From NCBI RefSeq assembly GCF_025526975.1, contig NW_026515678.1:682001-746000 (forward strand): a DNA stretch of 64,000 bases, given 5' to 3'. Both the position numbers and the translations under genes were made by a program. The notes under the pieces are model-generated. The model worked only from the letters and a program-made list of their open reading frames with translations, searched no databases and was not told where the DNA came from. Position 1 is the stretch's first letter. Each line of letters starts with the position of its first letter. Below, piece by piece: positions 9,652 through 19,567 of this stretch. Source of the stretch: Fimicolochytrium jonesii (taxonomy: Eukaryota).

Positions 9652-10362
9652 GACATACGGAACACCCATACTGGGACGGCTTCTGGGCACTATATACGAC
9701 TTTGGCACCTTAACCCGCCACCGTGATAGCCGCCGCTGCCCCGGCACCGGGGGCTCCACCGGCTCGGCTCCGCCTCCACCAGGCGGACCCCCTGGCCCAC
9801 CTCCCCCGCCGTTTCCGTCACCGTCTCCATCATCACTCGAAGACAAATCATCCATGTCCTTTCGCAAGTACTGGAGTCGCTTCATCATCTTGTCTCGCTC
9901 CCGTCTCTTGGCCGCATCACTGCGGCGCTTTGCCTCTTTCATTTTCTCCTTCGTTATGCCGCCTTTTCCTTTATATCGCGACTCCGAGACTGCCTTACAT
10001 CCCAGGTAGTCTGCCTCCTCCATCGATGCCTCGAACGACCCCTTCTTTCGCTTCGATCGATCCAGTTTCGCCTTCGTAAACGCCAGGTGCTTCGTGAGGT
10101 TCTCATGGTTATCCTTGCGGTACCTCAACGTCGACACCTCCGTCGCCAATCCAAGAGCTTCTCTCACTCGGGCTTTCAACATCAAAGAGTCGGTTACGGA
10201 CGCTGCAGACGATGCGCGTGTAGAGCGCGTAGTTGGTCGTGAGGGTCCCGGTGGAGGTGCAGCTGGAGGGGCTGCGGGCGCTACCGTCTTACAGGCCGTT
10301 TGCTTCTTCTTGCCGTCGCCGCTCTTCTTGCCACTCGCGCTGTTCTTGCCTCTGTTCGCCAT
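9475..10362 (-). CDS. Antisense extra ORF inside the Copia-like element; basic K/R-rich protein of unknown function
   Basis: Open 295-codon ATG ORF between pol and the 3' LTR; overlaps the RNase H end by 177 bp. Confidence 0.6.
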   Translation of the reverse strand: MANRGKNSASGKKSGDGKKKQTACKTVAPAAPPAAPPPGPSRPTTRSTRASSAASVTDSLMLKARVREALGLATEVSTLRYRKDNHENLTKHLAFTKAKLDRSKRKKGSFEASMEEADYLGCKAVSESRYKGKGGITKEKMKEAKRRSDAAKRRERDKMMKRLQYLRKDMDDLSSSDDGDGDGNGGGGGPGGPPGGGGAEPVEPPVPGQRRLSRWRVKVPKSYIVPRSRPSMGVPYVSFGRSRRRLSIASNTSFLNCLNKFRMCLGRKRLCEVISQLFLHRSVEEYDVFLRHAVA

Positions 10363-10615
10363 TGTTTTGCGTATCGTGTGGTGGTCTGGGATACGGTAGT
10401 TGAGGATGGGAACGTTGGTCTTACCTCTCTGGGGCGACTGACAGCTGTCTCTTGTTTTATACTCGCGGCGTTTCCCTCTTCTTTCATTTTACTCTTTCAT
10501 TTCTTTCATTTTTAGTCATAGCTATTCACCCGACGTCCGCCCGCTTTTCGCGTACGGCCGCACCATTGTACTCATTGTTTAGATTTATCTTTCACTTAGA
10601 TGGACTCGTGAGTTT

Positions 10616-10624
10616 GAGTGGGGG
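10616..10624 (+). promoter_or_regulatory. Polypurine tract
   Basis: GAGTGGGGG directly before the 3' LTR TG. Confidence 0.75.
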
Positions 10625-10857
10625 TGTTGGAGGTATCATCCTCCCGAGTCCCCGGTTAGGGTTCCCGTAGTTTATTTCCTCACATGACTCCCCTCCCCCT
10701 TACGCCACGCTTCCGCGTATGGGACTTCACTCTTTTCTTCCCCTTTCGGACCTTGCGTCCTCTTTTCTACCACAAGACAATACATACTTCACAGTACTAG
10801 ATCTCACACAACATAGAGTTCGCTCAGTCATCTGCTTCCTCTGCCGACTACTGCTAA
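10625..10857 (+). repeat. 3' LTR (233 bp)
   Basis: Direct repeat of 4369-4603. Confidence 0.92.
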
Positions 10858-11900
10858 ATCCATCCACGTAGCTGAGAATCGAAGTCCTCTTTGTTTGTCG
10901 ACTTATAGGTTGATTCCTTGTGGATGTAAATTTTGTATGCAATTGGCGTTCGACCTTTGTTGTGTTGACGTGTGAATGGATCTTCCAATCTCTGGAGGTT
11001 TCCGTGTACGATACGAGCAATATCTTCCTGCCCTCTCTTGTAGAGTTCAATTTCGTTTCGATCTACAGCTCAAAGCTTCAGTTCTTGTCCCTCGAGCGTC
11101 GGGTTCAAACCCGGTACGATTGGAGAGCGTCCGGGATCTACTTCAAATGGCGATAAACCCTCATATTCCTCTCTCGGAGCAGTATTGGATGCGAATTTGA
11201 CTGGGGGTAATAGCATAACCCAATGGGTTTTGTCGTAATTGAGGTATTGCCTCCAAATCCTTTTCAGGGTTTGGATGGCTTGCTCAACTTTGCCGTCGGT
11301 CTGCTGATGTTGAGCCGTAGCAAATTTGTGTTTAACAGCGAGGAGAATATCAAATGCGCGGAAGAAGTTGGAGAGTGTGCAAGGTTCACCATCCGTAACG
11401 AAGACTTTTGGCGTACCGCCATGTTTCCATATGTGATCTAAGAAAGCTTGGGCTAATTCACGTCCAGTGATAGTCTTCTTGATCGGCGTCAGGATTACAT
11501 GTCCACAAAGATAATCGATGCAAACAAGACAAGAGTTTATCCCACCTACGGTGAAAATATCGAATCCGACCGTATGCCATCTTCCCAGAGGTCAAAGAGG
11601 TCAAAGAAATGCATATCGACGACGGCCAGGTTTGAATTGTCGACAGGATTTGCAAGTTCCAACCTATTTGAGAACGTCGGAGCGTACGGTAGGCCAGTAG
11701 TATTCCGTAGGAATTCTGGCGAGAGTCTTCCTAACACCAAGGTGTCCTCGGGTGGCGAGTTTGTAATGAAATTGTCATAAGATCTTTGGGCCAATGGCAT
11801 CAGGAACATATAAATGTTCTTCATGTCGCGCAATACCATTTGCGAACGTATAACAAAGTTCTTTTGAGCTTTTCTCGTGCTGAAGTTTGTTGCTAGGCTG
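10858..11900 (-). pseudogene. Decayed Ty3/Gypsy integrase
   Basis: My minus-strand translation gives HLYVPDAIGPKIL*QFHYKLATRGHLGVRKTLARIPTEYYWPTVRSDVLK*VGTCKSC (HHCC) and TAQHQQTDGKVEQ; in-frame stops; outer boundary approximate. Confidence 0.85.
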
Positions 11901-14786
11901 ACATCTGGTGTCCGCACTCTCGTCAAAAACGCCCTGAGCTTCATCAGACCACTGGTGCCGCTCCGTTCTTCATCGGCTCAAGGCCTTCCCCGTTCTTCTT
12001 TGAAAGTATGGCCGAGGTGCCGAGGATTTCCCCATTCACGCTGGCTTGGGCAGTTCCTCAGCCGCATATCACGGACCTCACATCACTTTCACAACACCCA
12101 TCCAGTGAAGCACCCTCCCGGTCACCCTCCTCCGCTCAGACAGCGCCATGAATACCTGAACTATGTCAAATCGCCTGTTGTCGGCCGTCCACGCCACGCC
12201 TCGGAAATGTTGTCACAGACTCCGAGGCCCAGCGCAATGCGGCAGCACAACAGGCACCCAGCCCAAGGCAAGATGCCCTCACACAAGCCTTGTTGCAGGC
12301 CTCAATGGTCATCCTCCTCTACATCCAATGGCTGAAATGGGGACCGGCAGAGGCGGGACGGAGCGCCAACTGATATCCATGGTCAAGGTGATCAGCGGTT
12401 ACTGACCCCACCCACACGGGCCGTTGTCACCAACGAATATGGCTCAACCAGCCAGCATCCGTGGCGCAACCGTTGCCTTTTTGCATTGGTCACCTAGTGA
12501 CACTCTCAACGAGCTCCGACTGCTGGGGGTACTGTCCTCTTGACGCGTGAGGACGACGCGTTTTCACTCCAGATCCATCTTCGGACTCGCCCTTTCGGAC
12601 TCGCTCGCTGGGAGAGACTTCCCAGCTTCGCCCACTGCCCATTGCGCCCTTCCTTAGACGACGGTTCCTACCAGCCACTTTTCCCCCAGGCAGTCCAGCA
12701 GGAGCAGCAGCAACGAGTCCCCTCTTTCCTTCCCGAGATTTCCCAAGAGGGGTTGGAGGGGTCTCGCGGTGGCTGCTCCTGCTGCTCTTCTGCCGCCGCC
12801 TATATAGAGCCAACCCTCCCGTCGTCCTTTTCCCAAATTCCTACCATCACTAACCATTGCCACAGTTGCCATGCCGCGGCCCAAACTAAAGGACGAGATG
12901 TACCCGGAGGACTTGATGGATCACGAAGTGGCCCGCTCCGTGGAACTAATCACCAACGAGCGATATGTGTATATGAGCATGAAGCAATAGGAGGGCATTT
13001 TGAACATGAAGCAAATGGAGAGCTTGCGGAAATGGGCGGGGTGGTGGACTTGTTTGGATGGTTGACGTTGGGGACCGACTCTCCTTTCAGCGTTGGTGTC
13101 GTAGGATAGGAGGACGTTTCGAACAAATTTTGTGGATTTGAGAACCTCCATACCCCATATATGTACATATATATAGTCTTTATTAATATATTTGCTTCCG
13201 TCGCACTATGTTTTGTCAAAGAGCTGCATAGGGAAGCTTCATCACATGAACACCATGCGGTGCTCACTTGGGAAGGCTGTCCAATGAGTTCAAGGGGGGC
13301 CGAGAGAAGACCAGAGCATACCGCGAGTAGTACCTGGAACAGCGCTCCAGACACTTTTACCGGTTTTGCGATGGCTGATACAGTAAGTGTGCACCAAAGA
13401 CTTTTTTCAATCCACGACGATCGTCACATCATCGTCACATCAGAAGTTTGAAACGATGGGGGAGTATCAGCTTTTCATTGCATTTCCGACCTGCTTTCAT
13501 TGCTGAGGAAGTGCACACGGCCTTGCGCGGCGCAACCAAAAGATTGCTGGCATTCTCCCAGCTCCAATCGGACGCGCAACCAAACATTCTGCTGGCATTC
13601 TCTATTGTCAGAGCTCGACACGGACAAAAGTGGCATCGGCAAACGGCCAGCTCTTATTATAAGTAGGATAGTACACAGCCAAGAAAAGGCTTCCTCAGAA
13701 TAACGCGTTGAGAGTCGGACAATCCAGACAACGAACGCGGTAAAGCGGTGATGAGTTGGCGTTGCGCGTGCCGAAAGTTTTCGACAGGCGGCAGATTTGC
13801 AGATTTGCCAAGCTCCTCATCCCAGCGCAGGCCCCAGACACTCGGGACAACGCGGCGCTCGACGGTTCTCAAGGAGAAGGAGGAGGACAGGAGGTGATTC
13901 CTGCCGGTGATCAGCCTTGATCCATGTGGAAAACCGTCCAAATGGCCCAGACGCCCAGGGATCACATCACGACTCCATCGCATAGGGCTGTTTCTTTGGC
14001 CATTTGATTGTGGGGCGAAACCGTGGGACAGACCGTGGGATCGTAATCCGCAGCGGTTGAGTGGGACGGGGGCTCGGGACTTTGAAAAGGAGAGAAAGGA
14101 GCTGGCTGGAGGAGGTCGGGAGTCGGACGAGGAGGTGGGCTTGGAAATGCCGCTTGACGCCAGCCTGCAGATACCAATGGTTTCACACTTTCATGCTCAA
14201 AGCTGCGTGTGTCTCTCAAGGTGGACGTTGGACGGGGATCGGGTTTTGTCATGCATGCGTCTTGGCTGTCTCACGAATAATATCCATACTGTACAGTACA
14301 TACGAAGCAGCACCTCGAATACTCTTCCTCCCGTCTGTGTGTACTGTATATGTACAGTAGGATTGCACAGTATCTGCACTTGCCAGTCTGTCTGCTCAGT
14401 GTCGCACATTGATCCAGCCAGCAGCGATCGATATCGTCTGAGGGTGCGGGCGCATAAGGAGGGGGGCAACGTCAGCTCTCGCAGGTCTCCACGCGTCAGA
14501 AGGGCCTGAAAGCGCTCAGCAACTTCATAACTGTACAGTACATACAGTAACCTCCACGGCATTCCTCTCCATCCCGCTGGGGAAAACACACAAGCACCCC
14601 CCTCACAGCACTCTCAGCGATGACGCACAGCCCTCTACTGTGAGGCTTCACAACCCCACCCCCGACCTCTATCAGAGAGGGCGGAAACACAGACAAACTC
14701 TCTTCGCTCGGCAAACAAACCGGACATCCTCCAGTCATTTTCCCACGGACGGGACGTCGAGGCAGCGATTATCTTTGAAAGCTCAG

Positions 14787-16947
14787 ATGGCAGCGCCGGC
14801 GATGGCACAGCATGAAGTCTCTACCCGTGTTTCCCTGGTCGCCGCCACTCCACTGACAAACAGTGCAGCGATGTTCCGAAACACGGCGAGGCCAAGGACA
14901 TCACGGGCACCTTCACAATCGTCCAAGACACCTGACGTGGAGAAGGTAGTTGGCCAGAAGACGGCAGTCGCCGCACGGAAGACTGCGACCCGGAACTCTT
15001 CTCCATCCCCTTCTCGCACTCCTACTCCTCCATCTCCTACCGTTGAGCAACCACGCACCCCGGTTCTCGAAGTGGAAACTGTGCGGACATCAATAGCCAC
15101 CACTGTTATCGAGTTCCCCATCATCACACCAGTGGCAGCCCCGCCACGTTCCATGCGCTACCAGGTCGCTCCGCACACAACTCTTCACCACACGGCCTCT
15201 CCGCGGCGTATGGCGCCAAGGCCTTCATCATCATCATCATTATCAAATCCAGGGAGTGTGACGAGCAGTGCGGATGGGTCGGCGACCCCAACGCCAATTG
15301 TGGACCCTGCGATGGCGGAACGGGGGTCGCCGAGTGTGAATCGCGTCGGCGTATTCTCGGCTGTAGGTGGATCGGTGGTGGTTGCGATTGGGTTCTTGGT
15401 GGCTATGCTGATGTGCAGGAGGAGGCGGAAACGGAGGAAGCGGGTCCGAAAGGTAAGTCCTTTCGAACGTTTGCTTCATTTTCGCCTGTAAAGACATCTG
15501 ACCCTCGCGTTCTTATCGCGTGACATAGAGCGCAGTCCCATTATTCGGCGGAGACGAGGACTATGAGCCTCCGAACTATAGAGCCTTGGGAGCCGAGTCG
15601 AGAAGATCATACCCTTCCACGGGCCGGCTATCGAGAACCGCGATGGTGTCGACGGTCAAGGATGCGTTCACGAATTGGAGTGAAGGCCTGAACAGCTGGG
15701 GTTCCCGCGTCAAAGGGCGGATGAAAGGCGAGGGCATCGCTGTACGTGATTTCGCGATACTTTCCTTGGCGTTTCCTGACTTGTATCTAGAGACTCACGG
15801 ATATCCCTCGTATTTGCAGCCATCATTACCAGACATCCTTCGGTGTTCTCACGCACCCCTCACATCAATGACGACCCGATACTCCGATGCGACGGACCGA
15901 CATGCCAACCCTCATCAAACGCCGGATCCAGATCTTTTAGTTGAGGACTTCATCTTCTCCGATACCCGTGGCCCGGACATGGATACATCACACAGGATAG
16001 GAAGAATGCCATCGCGCGACGATTGGGATCCGCCGTTAACACCAGACGGAAACGACACCCCGTTCCGCGTACCCCGGCCACCACGGGCTCTCACGCGGGA
16101 ATGGTCGTGGGGAAGTGTTGAAAGCAACGGTGGCGTGGATATGTCGCGAAGTACGGTAACCTCGGCGTACGAATTTACGACGGCGGAAGCTTCTATGCCG
16201 ATGGCAAGTCCGATGACAAGGAGGGATGACCAGCATCACTCGTGGCTTCACCTACCCTATAAGAATATGGAGGTTCCCACCTCCGCATCGACAACGCATG
16301 ATCATACTCATCCTGCCAACAAAGAATATGACAGCACGTTCACGGACGAGCGGGATCAGAGCCACTACAACAGCCGTTACAACAACACACCCTTCTCCTC
16401 GTGGAACTCTTCGGAAAGCACGGCGTATCTTAGCGGAGACATCTCCCATACCCAATCGCATATGCCCCCTCGCACTTACCAGCACCGCACCGACAGCAAA
16501 CTCAACAGCATGTACACAGCCTCTTCCTCGCTCTACCACCCCACCAACCCCTTCCGCGACCCGACCCCACCCCTTCGCCGCCCCGCCTCCCTCAACACCA
16601 TCCAAACAAAACTCACGCACGTGACAACAACAACTACTGCATCCTCCGCCGTCTCAAACTACCTCTGCGATCAATGCCGGATGGGCACGACCGTGATTTC
16701 ACCTGTCCGACTACCTATTATCTGTAAAGCATGCAGTGGTGGCGGTAGCGGCAATCACGCGTCAAAGTCCACCTACTCGTCGTCATCATCCTACTCCCGG
16801 TCGAGATCGTCACTGGACACCTTCAACTCGGAGGTTTATCGGTATAAGCATTATCATCGGCAGCATGAGCATCAGAGAGCGGGCAGTGCGGCCTCGGTGG
16901 GAAGGAGTGACAGGAGTTTGTCCGAGTTTCTGACGGGCGTTGTGTAG
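14787..16947 (+). CDS. Single-pass membrane protein with S/T/P-rich N-region and disordered cytoplasmic tail (spliced)
   Basis: TM VGGSVVVAIGFLVAMLMC followed by RRRRKRRKR; likely introns ~15453-15528 and ~15742-15819; start codon uncertain. Confidence 0.65.
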
Positions 16948-17401
16948 TGTAGCGACGGCGGAAGGCAGAGGAGAGGCGGAATTGTACAGATTTCTTTACA
17001 TACACCCTGTGACGGCGTCGGCTTCACTCACATTTTACCCCAGTCGCCCCCTTATCGCCGATTATCTTTTGTACATAGCTTGGTAGCTGCGGGGATTTGA
17101 TTTGTCCCTTTCTCCTTCGCTTTCTTGCACATATATCGTTTCTTGCCGGCACGTTATTTTTTCCCACACACCTTGTATTCACATCTTTTCTTGTTCTGCA
17201 TGGGATGTACATACGTATATACGTACATACGGAATTGAATTTGCACTCGGAGAGCTATATATATATACAATGCCATGTGTGTTTGTCGGACGAGGGAGGG
17301 GTTTGAAGTTTGAACTTGAAGAACAACGGGCCTCCGTTTTGCTCAACTTCCCTCACTTCCCTCACTACTGAACACTCAACAAAAGCAGCACAGGACCCGC
17401 A

Positions 17402-18784
17402 ATGCATTCTTTATTGCCCACCCCACCACCGCAAGGCGACCTCCCAGACCTCCCTTCTACCACCTCCCGCCCATTATTTGCCCCAGCAACCCCAAACCCG
17501 GACCCACCACGTCTCAATCCTGCAGTGTTCCGCGCGCTCGTGGCTCAATTCGCGTATGACGCTGGAAACGTTAGGAAGAGGGGGCGGGAGGAGAGGGGAG
17601 ATAGAGGGGATGGAGAGGAGGAGGAGGTGGAGGAGGTAGATATGGAGGTCAAGCGGGAGCTTACGCCCGAAATCGGGGATGGGGATGGACCGAAAGGGAA
17701 TCGCGAGGGGGTACCGGATTCTGAGTTTCCGAGTGTGAGGACGACTGTGAAAACAGAGGAAGATAATACCATAGCGTCTATTACGAGCCCAGCAAAGAAG
17801 AAGCGAAAGCCGCTCGGGCCTGGGTCAGTGCTTTCTCGATCCTTACAAGAAAGGGGAATCCGGGGTCCGGCATCCCACCCCTCGACCATCCCCACACTCC
17901 CCAACACCACAACCGACACGTCCCCTGTTCCGGACCATCTGGCCCACCACCTCCGCGTCCTTTTCATCGGTTTCAACCCGGGCGTGCAGTCTGCAAGAAG
18001 AAGGTGCCACTATGGAAACCCCGGAAACCATTTTTGGAAGTGTGTGGTGGGGAGTGGGTTGACGGGGGGTGTCGGTGTTACTTGTGATGGTAAGCACATC
18101 ACCCGTGTGGAGTTTGAGGGGCCTAGCTGATTCCCTCTATCGTGTGACATCTCAGACGACAAACTCTGCCCACGACTCTACGGCCTCGGCTTCACCAACA
18201 TTATCTCCCGCTCCTCCCCCAGCGTCGCAACCCTCCAGAAATCCGAATACTCCGCCGGCGTACCACCCATCGTCGCGAAACTGGTAACGCACAGACCGCG
18301 AGTGGTCTGCTTTGTCGGCGTCAAGGTGTTTGAGGCGTTCTGGGAGGGGGTGCAGGGGGCGTGCCGTGAGGTGTGTAGAGGGGTGAATAGGGGCGAGGGG
18401 GATGTGAGGGTCTGGGTTGGGAGCGCGAGTGTGAGCGAGGAGGCGGGTGATGAGGATGAGGATGGGGATGGGGAGACGGAGGCGGATGGATCTGCCATCA
18501 ACCGTCGCCCACTACCCGCATCCCGCAAATTTCAACTCGGCTTGCAACCCAAATCCATTCACTACGCACCCCGACGCCGCCCGACACCCGTCGATGGGCC
18601 CGCCGAACGCGACACTGACAGCAAAGACGAGACAACAATCAAAGAAGAGGAAGAAACGCTCTTATTCGTGATGCCGTCGACATCCGGCCGCGTGGTGCAT
18701 TACACGCGGGCGGACAAGTTGGCGTTCTTTGTGAGGCTAAGGGAGGTTGCGGATAGGGCTGTTCGTGCGGGTGGCGCTGCGTAG
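17402..18784 (+). CDS. G/T(U) mismatch-specific DNA glycosylase (TDG/MUG family)
   Basis: VLFIGFNPG, HYGNPGNHFW, GLGFTNII, VMPSTSGR; intron 18090-18155 joins the frames. Confidence 0.93.
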
Positions 18785-19567
18785 GACAGAGGAAAGGTAG
18801 TTCAGCGAGGAATAGTTCAGCGAGGCGAAGCCGATATTGACGTCTTTACGTAGCATAATGCTGGTATTTTGGTTTTGTCATGCTTGTAACATTGCAATGC
18901 CATCATTCACTGAAATTGCATCCTAGATCTAGAGCGCATCGCTGCCTGTCGGCGGAGATACGGAAGAAGGCAAGATGAGAGGTAGTGCAGCTAGGGTAAT
19001 GCGGCGGCGTATGGAATAGGTCCTGCGAGGCACAGGCGATATGGACGGCTTTTATGTCCCATAACGCTAGTATCTTAGTTTTGTCATACTTGTGATGTTG
19101 TAATACTTGGTTCATTGAGGTTCTACATCAGTGGTGAGTGCGTCGTTGCCTGTCGGCGGAGCTTGTATGCCACTCTAGAGGTTCATGCACAAAGCCATGT
19201 GGGGGACCAGTGTTGTGCGATGAACGTAACATGAGAACACGCGCGGTCGGACACGCGCGAAAAGCGGTCTCTCGCACCCATCTGCGAAAGTCTCGCGGAG
19301 GGTGTGACGTTTGGCCTCGTTTGGAGACGACATGGATAGGCACTTTCCCACGTTTGAACACTCACATAGGGGGGGCAAACTCCAACCGCTCTCATCAGCG
19401 CAACGACATATCACTGGAGGATAGGACAGGGCTGGTAGTGGCTGCGTAGTTGCGCAATTTGGTCGCCTCAAAACCACATATTCGCCGCCGGGCACATCTC
19501 GGGAACCAGACGAGCACCGTGTCTCACTCGCTACAACGACACAGACCAGGCAGTTCAAACGAACAGC

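Larger units (their letters stand above)
4369..10857 (+). mobile_element. LTR retrotransposon with Ty1/Copia pol order (PR-IN-RT-RH), Gypsy-type capsid, chromodomain and antisense extra ORF; pol degenerate
   Basis: Direct LTRs 4369-4603 and 10625-10857, PBS, PPT; domain order read from the ORFs. Confidence 0.93.

Noticed and set aside
18932..19161. 26-bp imperfect direct repeat (18932-18957 and 19136-19161)
   Set aside because: Real but short; no terminal repeats or coding capacity between the copies to support an element
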